Assembly (NCBI RefSeq): GCF_030144855.1
Contig: NC_082730.1
Span: forward strand, 36,952,001-37,016,000
Reading direction: 5' to 3'
Length of the DNA stretch: 64,000 nt
From: Hypanus sabinus
Lineage: Eukaryota
Part shown: piece after piece, positions 39,730 through 52,078 of the stretch
Layout of the letters: every line of letters begins with the position of its first letter
Position numbering within the stretch: the first letter of the stretch is position 1
The notes under the pieces: generated by a model
Database searches by the model: none
What the model was told of the DNA's origin: nothing
What the model saw: only the letters and a program-made list of their open reading frames with translations
Made by a program: the position numbers and the translations under genes

Positions 39730-40640
39730 AATTTGAAGCAGATTTATTATCACTGGCATAGGATGTGAAATTTGTTGGTTTGCAGCCCCAGTACAGTGCA
39801 AATGTGTAAAATTTTGTTAATTACAGAAATAAACAAATTGTGCAAAATGAAAGGAGTAATAGAAACATAGAAAATAGATGCAGGGGTAGGCCATTCAGCC
39901 CTTCGAGCCTGCACCGCCATTCAGTATGATCATGGCTGATCATCCAACTCATAACCCTGTACCTGCTTTCTCTCCATACCCCCTGATCCCTTTAGCCACA
40001 AAGGACATATCTAACTTCCTCTTAAATGTAGCCAATGAACCGTCCTCAACTGGTTCCTGTGCCATAGAATTCCACAGATTCACCACTCTCTGTGTGAAGA
40101 AGTTTTTCCTCATCTCGGTCCTAAAAGGCTTCCCCTTTATCCTTAAACTGTGACCCCTCATTCTGGACTTCCTCAACATTGGAAACAATCTTCCTGCATC
40201 TAGCCTGTCCAATCCCTTTAGAATTTTATACGTTTCAATAAGATCCCCCCTCAGTCTTCTAAATTCCAGTCAGTATAAGCCTAGTCGATCCAGTCTTTCT
40301 TCATATGGAAGTCCTGCCATCCCAGTAATCAATCTGGTGAACCTTCTCTGTACTCCCTCTATGGCAAGAATGTCTTTCCTCAGATTAGAGGACCAAAACT
40401 GCACACAATATTCTAGTTGCAGTCTCACCAAGGCCTTGTACAAATGCAGTAGAACCTAATGAGGTAGAGATCATGGGTTCATAATGGCAGAGGGGAAGTA
40501 CCTGTTCCTAATTCATTACGTGTGGACCTTCAGGTTCCTGTACCTCCTCCAAGATGGGAGTTATGAGATGAAAGCATGTTCTAAATAGTGAGGGTCTATA
40601 ATGATAGATGCTATCTTCTTGGGACATCACCTCTTAAAGG
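39730..40640 (-). mobile_element. Rex1-type LINE 3' fragment split by a CR1 insertion
   Basis: tttattatcactggcat...gaaatttgtt and ttcaggttcctgtacctcctcc match the 3' part of the 12842 element. Confidence 0.7.
39861..40456 (-). mobile_element. Young 5'-truncated CR1 LINE
   Basis: Minus ORF DRLDAGRLFPM...GHSLRIKGKPFRTEMRKNFFTQRVVNLWNS; tail agaaacatagaaaatag; candidate TSD TAAT at 39857-39860 and 40457-40460. Confidence 0.9.
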
Positions 40641-40644
40641 TATG

Positions 40645-42120
40645 TGTCATAAAGTCATATGGCACAGAATCAGGCCTTTTAGCCCTACTCTTCCATGCTG
40701 ATATTGATGCCAGAGAGCTAATCCCATTTACCTGCATTTGGACCCTCTAGCCCGCTGAACCTCTTCTATCCACATACTCATCCAGGTAGATTTTAGATAT
40801 TCACAATTATCCATTTCAATCACAAGTTCTTGCAGTTCTTTCTACATGCACTCCACTCTTTGTGTGAAGTAGGTGTCCCTGATGACCCTATTAAATTACT
40901 CGTCTTTGATCTTAAACATATGACTCTTTTTTGTAGCACCTCCTCCCTGTGAAAAAGACTACTTTCACCCTGTCTTATATACTGTTTCTCTGTCTGGTCA
41001 CCCATCAATCCCCTATATTTCTGGGATGAAAGTCCTAGTCTATGCAACCTTTCCTGGTAACTCGGACTCCCAAATCCATGGAACATCCTGGTAAATCTTT
41101 TCTGCACTCTTTCTGGTTTAATACCACCTTTCCTATACACAATACTCCAAGTGTATTCTCACCACCATTTTACATAACTACATCATAACTTCCTAATTCC
41201 TGTCCTCAATGCCCTGACTGGTGAGGTGAGTGCACTACACATTTTTTTCATCACTCTATTAACTTACAATGCTACTTTTAGTGAGTTACAATACTGTGAA
41301 AAATCCTTAGTCATAGATATATAGTTGGGGTGCCTAAGACTTTTGCACAGTACTGTATAAGCTAATGTGGACAAGACAGCAAGTTTGTAAATCTGGCAGG
41401 ACCAAAGGATGTTGGGAATAGTGAGGGTTGAGCACTGCGGGAGGGGTGTGGGAAAGGTGGCAGAGAAGAAATGCAAGGTACGGAGGTTGGTGTGGGTGCA
41501 GACATACCCAGCCCTGAGACACCAGGCAAGATTATTCGATTCCAAGCATCTGGTTTGTTGATCATTACCAAATGTTGTTCTGGTGCTTCCCACTCTCAGT
41601 CCACAATAGAGACCCACTTCAGAAACACATTTATCATCACGCACATGGAATATGTCATGATTTTTTTTTGTGTAGTGGATAAGGGTAGGGCATTCACTGC
41701 TCTACTCTCATCTACACCCTAGGCTACCTCCTTGAAGAGCTTCAAGAGATTTGTCTGATGTGACTTCCCATACACAAAGCCATGCTGACTACCCCAATCA
41801 GATCCTGATTCTCCAAATGTTTGTATATCCAGTCCCTCAGGTTCTCCTCCAGTAATTTTTCCACCACCAGTGTTAGACTCACTGTCCTGTAATTTCCTGG
41901 TTTGCTCTTGCTATACTTCTTAAACAAAGGTTCCATATTAGCCACTCCAATCCTTTGGAACCTCACCTGTGGTAGAGGTGAAGCCAAAATCTCTTCAAGG
42001 GTCTCAGTAATTTATTCTCTAGCTTCCCACAAGGTCTGAGAACACACTAGCCTATGCCCTGGAACTTTATCCACCTTAATGCACCTAAAACCTCCAATAC
42101 CTTCTCTCTGCTAATTTGTA
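40645..42120 (-). mobile_element. Older CR1 LINE fragment interrupted by a MITE-containing insert
   Basis: ERVQKRFTRM...YQERLHRLGL and ANMEPLFKK..KPGNYRTVSLT.VVEKLLE. Confidence 0.8.
41289..41355. mobile_element. 67-bp Tc1/mariner-type MITE
   Basis: Imperfect 26-bp TIRs caatactgtgaaaaatccttagtcat / gtgcctaagacttttgcacagtactg, flanked by TA (41287-41288, 41356-41357). Confidence 0.75.
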
Positions 42121-42639
42121 TTATTGATGTTTCAATAAAATAAAATAAAATACTTATTTTTAAATTATAGTTAAAGCCATATATACACTTACTAAATTGC
42201 AGTGGGAAGCAGTAAAAGAGCAGTGATAAACTGTGAGCATCATCATTTCACCATTGACTGAAAATTTCTAAGCCACCATGTTTTTGCATTTCTTGCCAAC
42301 ATGAAATAAATGATTAAGGTGTCATCATGTTAGTTTGTTGTTAGCTGTCTGATACTAGTGTGTAAACAAGTACTCCATCTGTTTCCACCTCAAAGAAAGT
42401 TATTAGAAAGAATGCGGGGGGAGAAATCCATGGCGATGAGCAACTTAATTAACACAAAGCACACACTGTTGGGCCTAATATTGAAAGAAACATGACTTCA
42501 AGACCACAAGTTCATATCAGTCAACTTTCTAATGCATGATAGAAATAACCTAGTTATTCAGTAAATGATATTATGAATGGTTAAGAATGAAACAATGTGC
42601 CTTCACACCTTTAGCCCATCATTATTACATATAGGCCAA

Positions 42640-42840
42640 CGAAGAACTTATGATGTGTAATCACTCCAGTTGGGTGGACAACCAGGTAAATTGCTGCAAA
42701 AAGCAAGGGATTAGATCAATTGAGGAGTAAGTATTGTTCATCAGATGAAAACAACACAATTCTGTCTCCTTGATTGGTCCTGTGGGGTCTTTTTATTTTA
42801 TCTTGAAGCACTGTCAAGGTCTCATTTGAAAAGATAATCC
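42640..42840 (-). mobile_element. Possible ancient Deu-domain SINE remnant
   Basis: ttgaggagtaagtattg...gggtcttttt...gtctcatttgaaaaga resembles the reverse-complemented Deu core as I recall it; very diverged. Confidence 0.35.
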
Positions 42841-45526
42841 ATGTAAATCAATAGATTATATTATAATTTCTTTTCTGGAAAGCTATATTGCATAGAAAAT
42901 AAAAACATCATGCCTAAAAATTCATGCTCACTTAAAATATTCACAAAAGTGGTGTTGAATATGGTCCGATGTTAGTTTGATCCAGGTTGGTGGAGGATAA
43001 TTGTTCCTGTTTGACATGGATTGCTGAAGTGCTACAACTTGCAAATTGTTTTCTGCAGCTGTCTCCATTAACCACAAGTTATTTTGGGAATCATGATACC
43101 AACCTGCATTAAGTATGAAACAATTAAAGCATTGATGTCAGCTGGAACTGCTGCTGACAGTTTAGGATAAACTGTGTGATTTGTTCTTATTTAGATATCT
43201 GAATGCTTTCCCAGCACTGGGATGGCAATTCCAGCAAAATAAGAGGATTTCCCCCAGGGAATGTTGGAAGACTTAGTGGAATTCAGAAAAATAAAAGACT
43301 ATATACTGCATCGGTCTGATTCTGTGATTAATGGTCTGGCAGTCTGCTGAGCAGCATATAAACAATAGCTATTTTCTTTAACACACCCTCAAAATACTGG
43401 GTATGCTCAGAACTAGATATAATTCTATTAACATATCATGTATTCTAACATGCCTGATCCAAACATGATCAGAAACCTGACCATCATTGCACCTGAGCTG
43501 AATCACCAACGTCTTTCACTGCAGGTCACACACAAATGGGCCTGCAATCATTTGGAGTGCCTTGCAGAATGATTGGCATCACTCTTCCATGTCCAATAGC
43601 CCTGGTGCTCAAGCATATTACATGAATTAAGGCATGCAACCCAATGCTACTGTGTACGTTATATAGCTCTGATAACATCCAGAAATTTATTGAACCATAC
43701 CACCTATATAGAATAAAGATACTTATCAGCCATGATTGATAGGCAATCGATTCAAGCACATAAGTGGCCTTACCTTCCTACATTTTGTTTAATTTTTTAA
43801 GTATGATTATCATTGCTGGTAGTTCTGGCTGCTAGTCTCCTGTTTTCAACATAGCAACATGGCTTCCTTCAAATGAGGAAGATTCACAGTTCGTTAATTA
43901 TCAGCTTCACAGTGACATATAAGAGTGAAAATGAATTGTACTCTGTTCATGAAATGTTCAATAGACACAGGAAAGTCCCCTGCTGAAAACTTTTCATATG
44001 TATAGCTTAGAATTATCTGATATATTCACACTTCATTACAATTCACAAACTTTCAAATGAATTAAACTGAAGTATTGACTTCAGGTAAACCACGTCTCCG
44101 TATAAATGTTCAATCCTGGTCTGCACAGCCTAAAATCAATTGTTAGATGAAATTAATAAAATATTAAAGTTGGCTAAAAAATGTAATGCTCAGTCTAAAT
44201 GGTTAGGCATCAGGATAGGTTTTATTTAAAATTGAATGAAATGAAAATGAATAATTATAGGGATTTGCCGATCTTCACAAAAAAGGGTAGTCCAATCAAA
44301 GCCCAATTACATTCTTTAAAACTGATTCTGACTCAGCCCACAGCCACACACAAAATGTACTTATAAATCCGTACATTTTTCATAGGTTTGCATACTTTAT
44401 AATGTAGTTTATGCAATGACTTTGTAAGAATGCTTTTAAATGGTGCTACTATTTCTCTGTCATTCGCTGATCACCTCACTTCAGGCTCCATCCATTGGGT
44501 CTTTATAGATGTAGAACTGTACAACTTAAATGCTGAGAAAGCTTTCTTGTCCTGAACAATTATTTTGAATCATAATCTATCTATAAAACTGCCTGGGGAC
44601 CATAACAGAACAAAGAAAGATAAAAATAATTCTTTCCTCTTTATGTAAATTTACCCATTCTCAGAAAAATATTCCAGTTATGGAGAAGAATTAATGACAC
44701 TTAATGCACATGGGTTCCAAAGTTGCTCCATTTATTTGCATTAAAGTCATGTTGCTAGTCACCTTGAAACTATGAAAACTTAACAAAGAGCAAGAAGTTT
44801 AATTGAGAATTTCACCAAACAGAAAGCCATGCTGGAGCTAACTTTTCCAGTTTCAGCCTGAAATCCCCCAAATAATCTAATGCAGGTCACACCAGCAGTA
44901 ATCATGAAGCACCACAGGCTGCAGTCTATGGGGTAGGTTGTATTTAATCTACATTCCACTGTTGGTTGAAGAGAAAGTAAACAAACTCACTGGTCCTTGA
45001 ATGGTGAGTTTGAACACCCTAATACACCTGATCAAACTGTGGATAAAGTGACATTGACCTTCATGCAAAGAACAATCAAGGCACACAGGGTAGTCAAAGT
45101 TGTATTTGCTGCAAACTGGAAATACAGTATGTCCTCAATCCTATTCAGCCAGTATCTTAGGACAAATATGCATGGTTACACATATAGTATGCTATTGGTA
45201 TCATTATGGGAGATAAAAATCATTGCAGCACAGGAAAAGACCAGTTGGCCACTTGAACCTATGAATACTCTCTTTGACCAGTTCAATTAGACCCAGTCCT
45301 TGATTGTTTGCCTCGAGCCCTGTACTTACTGCATTCCTTCAATAAATCATCCAATTCTGTTTTGAAATTCACAGATAGGCCTGTTCCCACCACTTTTCAA
45401 GCATATAATACTAGAGTGTCTCTCCTTACAATATATATCACCTTTTGGGGTTTAGCACATCATCCTTACCATTGTAGTCTCTGGTTCTGACTCCTCCACC
45501 AATGGAAATAGCCTCCTTTATATTAG

Positions 45527-46104
45527 ATACCTTGGATCATGGGTAATACCTGATGGCAAATGCGAAACAGACATAAAAGCAAGAATAGAAATGGCAAGGA
45601 CAGCATTTACAGAAATGAGAAACATCCTAACAAACAAGAAAATAGCAATTGACATCCGCCTTAGAACTCTCAGCTGTTACATTCTTCCTATATTGATGCA
45701 GGGCTGCGAGTTATGGATCATCACAAATGCAATGGAAATAAGAATCAATGCAGCAGGGATGTGGTTCCTTAGATGAATGCTATGTATATAATAGACAGAC
45801 AGGATAATCAATGAAGAAGTTCTACAAAGAACGATAACAAACCTTACATTACTTAAAAAAATCAGAAAACAGCAATCAAAATTCTTTGGACACACCATGT
45901 GAAGAGAGACATTAGAACATTTAGTTACAACTGGAAAGCTGGAATGGAAAAGAAGCAGAGGCAGACAGAAAATGAGAATGATAGACGGATTAACATCACG
46001 GTTAGAAACAGGGGAGGCAACAACTACAATTCGGAGGGTCAGGGACCGTGATGGATGGAGAGACATGGTCGCCCAAGCCGAACGGCAAGGCTCCTGAACT
46101 GAAC
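45527..46104 (+). mobile_element. RTE-clade (BovB-like) LINE 3' fragment nested in an old CR1 end
   Basis: YLGSWV..DGKCETDIKARIEMARTAF...YILPILMQGCELW, later GKLEWKRSRGRQ; tail ctgaactgaac; TSD ATTAG at 45522-45526 and 46105-46109. Confidence 0.88.
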
Positions 46105-47354
46105 ATTAGTTTGTTTAGACACTTCATGATTCTAAACACTTCTACTGCCTCTCCTCTCAACTCCCTCTACACTGAGAAGAGCAACTCATTTTGTTTTTCA
46201 ACTGTCCACCAAAATAAAATCTCACTCTCATTAAGATATTCATAGTCCTGATGGACCAACTGTTCGAATTTATTGCGGCAGTAATTCTCTATAATGAGAT
46301 GACATGTTTTCCCAAACTATATCCAGCTCAAGGATAAAATGGAATACAACCATATCCCCTATAATTATATTCTAAATGCCGATGACTATAAATATGTATT
46401 CCATCCTCTTCAACTATTTTGCCAAGACCTTCGACAGATGTTTGCCCCCAATTCAGTGAGACAGATCGAATTGCTGCCTGTTTGTTTATAACATTCCCAG
46501 TGATGGATAGTTACTTCTGCTAACAATTTTTATTCAGAGTTAAGTGAAAGAGTCACATTATTAATTGGCACTCGTTAACAGTGTCTGTTAAGAAGTGTTA
46601 AGTGCAACATGACTGGAGATTGAAATTTTGCTGTAATATCTGTGAAAAACTTGTGTCTTTATCACCCAATTAGTATTTCAGTATTTATTCCAGCTCATTA
46701 TTTTTTCCTGTTGTTGAGGACATCTAGTTTTCTTTACATGTCAGAGTATCATTTATTCTGAATGTTTATTGTAATATTCAACTTCCATTTCAAAGTAAGG
46801 AAAGTTCTGTTTACCCCCCTCAGGAATTGCTTTCTTTTATAACCTTGCTAATAGAGACTTTGATAAAGAAGTTCATTCTATGGTTTTGCACTTGGTTACA
46901 GAACAATAATTGGTTTTATCCTTCCTTTATCTATAAATTTTATATGAAAAAAACATAGATGAACCATCTACTTCATCAAGAGTTTAACTCCCTTATCTGA
47001 CCTGAGTTTGGTGATTTCTATATCTTCATATTGCTATTGGCCTAATGGAATAGGCTGCACCTTCTTATTCGAAAGTTGATTTAATTCAGATTAGGAACTA
47101 AAATAATAGGCTTTTTGATCAATTTGATGCTGGTGTGTATCTTTTTTTCTTGAGGTTTTCCTATTTTCTTGATAAAACTTCAGAGGAAATAACTGTTATC
47201 ACCACATGAATTATAGGGCTTCCAATAAAACTGTTTCCTCATGTTTTGCACATATTTTCCGTGGTTATGCTTTGAGATTGCAGAGTGGGTAGAAATACTA
47301 GATTAAAGATTACTGAGTTAATTATTATTAATATAGATGAAAGCTGCAGCTGCA

Positions 47355-47975
47355 ATTTAGAAAATAGTTCATGACTTTATTCCTTCTACCAAAGTATATG
47401 GCCAAATACTTCCCTACACTATATTTCAAATGCCACTTATTTGGCCATCCTCTCAAACTGTCCCTGGTCTTCTGCAGTCTCCCTGCTTCTTTAACACTAT
47501 CTCCTCTCCCACCTATTTTTGCACCATCTGCCAAATTGGCCACAAAGTCATGCAAATCATTGACATATAACATGAAAAGTTGTCTCAATACTATTCCCTG
47601 TGGAACACCACTAGTCACTGGTAGCCAACAAGAATACGGTCGTTTATTCCCTCTCTTTGCTTCATGCTAGTCAGCTAATCTTCTATCCATTCTAGTATCT
47701 TTCCAGTAATACCATAGGCTCCTATCTTGTTGAGCAGCCTCATATCTGGCTCCTTGTCAAAGACCTTCTGAAAGTCCAAGTACACGACATCCACTGTCTA
47801 TCCTGCCAGTTATTTCTTCAAAGAAATCCAACAGATTTGTCAGGATATTTTTTTCCCCTTAAGGAAATCACGCTGACTTTGGCCTAGTTTATCATGCATC
47901 TCCAAGTACCCCAAAACCTCATTCTTAGTAATGGACTTCAACATCTTTTCAACCTCTGAAGTCAGACTAACGGCC
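47355..47975 (-). mobile_element. CR1 LINE RT fragment (same family as 4337-7370)
   Basis: TSGVPQG...FMLYVNDL...ADGAKIGG; colinear DNA similarity with 5075-5990. Confidence 0.85.
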
Positions 47976-48783
47976 TTTAATGAGAATGATGCAAAAAAAA
48001 AACAAATCAAAACTTGGTGAAACTATGCCATGAACAATACCTGTATGAAACAAGGGGAGAAAAACATTGTTTTTCCAAATATGTTCCAAGAAAAATTAAT
48101 TAAATTTTCTGAATAAACTGAAGAATATGAAGTGCAATTAAATCAGGAGCTTATTCATATTTCAGCAATCAATAAAATGGTATATCCAGTTTGACACTGA
48201 ATATAATAATTCACACGTAACAAAGTCGACCATTGATAGATGGTATTAACATATTAGTTCTGAATTTGGACACAGTTTAACATCCAAACTCATTAACTAT
48301 TTACCACATTATCTATATTTTTCAGGCCACTGATGTGCCGCAAAAATTAAAAGACAGTTAACTTATCAAACTGTGGCATTAACGCTGGCTTCACTATCAA
48401 TGCCATCAAATTACACAATTATGATATATATTGTACCTTCCAGAATTACTCAGGCTAGTTTGACTGAAGGTCATAACTTGCAACAAGGTAGTGTCATTAC
48501 TGTGCAGCAGTTAGTAATGGTGGACACCAGAAGTCAACAAAGTCTCAGCCAAAAGCAAAATAAAGTCAAAACTCTGACTGCAGAAAAGAATGAAGTTAGT
48601 TCTCATTTTTAGTTCCTAAATGTTCTTCTTAGATTTTGTTTCCTTTTCCTGAGATTTCCTTCTGACATGCAATATTCCATGTCAGACGATGTACACCACT
48701 CAGTGCTTTACAGCTTGTTACACTATAGTGAATCAGCAGACGTAGGACAAATGTACTCCAGCCAGCAATTTCAAATATGGTAG

Positions 48784-49069
48784 TGTGGTGACCCACTTTC
48801 CAGTGCACTCAAACCGGCTCACAAAATGTCGCGCACCGGCAGAGAGACCAGCCCCAAAAAGGGCGCCAGGTCTTCTTCACCAGCAAGGGGAAAAGCCCGC
48901 GCGTGGGAAGGGACTGTGAATATGTGCCTCCTACAGTATTCCCACCCGGGGAGGGCGGAAACGGGAAGTCTTAAAAGCGAGGCTGCGAAGTTTGAATAAA
49001 TCTTTTACGCAACTGCAACTCACCGTCTGCGTGTTGTTATTCCAGTGCTGTGTGTAGCACACCGCTACA
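48784..49069 (+). mobile_element. Solo LTR (Gypsy-like), 286 bp
   Basis: TGT...ACA termini, 4-bp TSD GTAG (48780-48783, 49070-49073), TATA-like cttaaaag then AATAAA at 48995; GC/CpG-rich against an AT-rich background. Confidence 0.8.
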
Positions 49070-50792
49070 GTAGTGAGAATTTTTGGAGCTAATTTAAACA
49101 TTGCTTGTCTTTGTAGAATCAAGCCTATTCATGTTATGCTGATTCAGGAGGAAGAAGGCCATGTGTCTGATATTATCCAACAGATTGCATGTCCCAAGAT
49201 CATCAACTTGGGCATTTGAAGGAATAATCACTTAGCTGCTGCGTATATAGGCTCACCATGCCTCTGAATCCCTCAAGCTTATACTTTTCATGGATTAAAA
49301 TGGTCCATCATCTAAACGTCCACCCACACTAAAATTTACCTTCATTTCTTTGATCCATGTTATTGAGTACAGGACAAGATTTATGAGATATGGTACATAT
49401 AAAGGCCAAGCTAGTATTAATATAACAATATTTTTATTGTGTTGGAATCTTTTAACTTTTAGCAGCAGAAATTAACACGAAACAAATTTATCTGTGATTA
49501 CCACAATTAAGTTCTTGCACACAAATTGATACAGGAAGACAAATTCTTCCCCAATATAATGAATATGAGCAATTTGTTTTTCACTATCACCACAGTTCAG
49601 ACTTAATTGCACAATGATTCCCTCCACATTGATGTATTTTGTAGGTCATTCCAGGCATATAACATACACAGTAAACAACATGCCAAAGAATGGCTAGCCA
49701 TGTTACAAAGATAACTATAAAATATATTGCAAAACAGAACCTTCTGTTGACAATTCGACATTTTAGAAAAAATTATAAATGTATTATTTATCTATGAATA
49801 TTTTATTCCTGATCTGATACTGAAAGTGGAAAATGCAAGATTTTACTGGGTGTTATCTTTCCAATATTTTGATAATTTAATTTGTGCTTCATAATAAAAT
49901 TTCTAAGAGACCCCAGTGAATGTAGTTGGTATCAAACATTTATGATCCTTTTTGCATGAACTCTAAATTATATACAGAATTTAAAATAGTATCAGAAACT
50001 CACCTCAGGGTTAATATTTTGGAATGCAATGTGAGCTGAAAAGCCACACAATATGATTATTATTCTCCAGTCTGCTTACTGTACTGCTTTGAATAAGAAT
50101 TTAAACATATGCAACCAAAAAGTTATTGGCCAATTTCAAAAACACTTACAAATTGAAGCTCCATCTTTGATCTTCATTGGAGAGAGTTCATTTTTGAAGG
50201 ACCACTTGTGAAGTTACAAGAGAGATATGACATTTTAGTTTTGAAGTGGTTATCAGAATCACCATTATGTTTTTAAATGGCAATATCATTAAAATACTCC
50301 AGCGGGCTTTGCTTTAACATTCAACTTAGAGAGGGAATGTGAAGCAAAGGGGAATTATTTTCATTTATATGAAGAAACAAAGCCACTTTGGAAATTCAAA
50401 GTCAGAGAGTTATACATTCAATAGAAAACCATTGCCAAGATAAAACACGACATTCTAAGATATTGATTGGTTCACACATTGCAGACTATTTTTGAAAGAA
50501 AACAATATTTGTATAAAAGCGTTTGTGAGGAGAAAGTTTTGAGCGCCCTCATTTCAAATCTGATGATATGCATGTAGAACAAGGCAGATAAAATGTGTAA
50601 GAGTTGGATCCACTCCTCTAAGAGTTAAAATTCTCTTAGACACTTTTGGAATATCTTTTGCTGTAATAATAGCTCAGAACAAGTAGCAAATCTTTATCAC
50701 CTTGAGTTGGAACCTGGGAGGAAGAAAGTTAGTTGGCTGTTTACTGTTTTCCATAGATGCTGCCTGGCCTGCTGAGTTCCTCCAGCATTTTG

Positions 50793-52078
50793 CTTTATTA
50801 CTGTATTGTCGCCAAACAATTGATACTAGAGCATACAATCATCACAGTGATATTTGATTCCGCGCTTTGCGCTCCCTGGAATACAAATCGCTAGTCAATA
50901 TAATAAAAGTTTAAATAATAAATCAAAAATAAAAAATAAAAAGGAGAAAGTAAGGTAGTGCAAAAAAAACCAAGCGACAGGTCCGGGTATTTGGAAGGCA
51001 CGGCCCAGATCCGGGTCAGGATCTGTTCAGCAGTCTTATCACAGTTGGAAAGAAGCTGTTTCCAAATCTGGCTGTACGAGTCTTCAAGCTCCTGAACCTT
51101 CTCCCGGAGGGAAGAGGGACTGGGTGGGTTGTGTCCTTGATTATACTGGCAGCACTTCTCTGACAGCATGCAGTGTAAAGTGAGTCCAAGGATGGAAGAT
51201 TGGTTTGTGTGATGTGCTGGGCTATGTTCACAACCTTCTGCAGCTTCTTCCGGTCTTGGACAGGACAACTTCCATACCAGGTTGTGATGCACCTTAGGAA
51301 AATGCTTTCTACAGTGCATCTATTAAAAATTAGTGAGGGTTTTAGGGGACACCCAAATTTCTTCAGCTTTCTCAGGAAGTAAAGGTGCTGGTGGGCCTTT
51401 TTGGCAGTGGACTCTGCTTGGTTAGACCAAGTCAGGTCATTTGTGATTTTCACCCCATGGAACTTAAAGCTTTTGACCTGTTCCACCTGTGCACCACCGA
51501 TGTAGATGGGGTCGTGCGGTCCACTACTGCTTCTGAAGTCAACAACCAATTCCTTCGTTTTACTGACGTTGAGGGATAGGTTATTGTCTTCGCACCAGCC
51601 ACCGGGTTCTTAATTTCCTCTCTGTACTCAAACTCATCATTACTGTTGCAATGTGAGTATTATTAATAGAAAGTTAATACTAATCAGGGAGTTGTTGGTA
51701 GCATGAGGCGGGATCCAGGGTTGGTGGGGTCTTTACTTTGGCTCTTTTTATTCCCAGTATGCATCGTATATAGTTCCTCCACCCATGCCGCACAAGATAC
51801 CTGGAAGCCTCTGTATTGTAAATATCATTTGCCATCCCAGATAAAGATGCTCTTTTGGCCATCAAGTTGTCGAGTGGTCTTTTTGTAAAATAGAAGTTAC
51901 CACAATTACCTGAGATATGGCCTACAATTGTGGTGTCATCAGCAAACTTATATATTGAGTTTGATGGAAACTTGGCTACACAATTATGGGTGTACAGTGA
52001 GTACAGCAGAGGGCTGAGTACACAGCCTTGTGGGGCACTGGTGCTCAGAGTGATTGTAGAGGAGAGCTTGACACAGAA
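50793..52078 (-). mobile_element. Rex1/Babar LINE, 5'-truncated
   Basis: TSAPQGCVLSPLLYSLYTHNC...YKFADDTTIVGHISG, MVVDFR...KKAHQHLYFLRKLKKF...RFGNSFFPTVIRLLN. Confidence 0.92.
51644..51904. mobile_element. Solo LTR, 261 bp, nested in the Rex1 RT
   Basis: TGT...ACA termini and 5-bp TSD ATTAC (51639-51643, 51905-51909). Removing it restores the Rex1 frame HISGNDEFEYREEIKN. Confidence 0.85.

Noticed and set aside
51016-51549. 177-aa ORF (KKAHQHLYFLRKL) as a host gene, e.g. ALKBH8-like
   Set aside because: It is the Rex1/Babar C-terminal region, with several homologues in this window.
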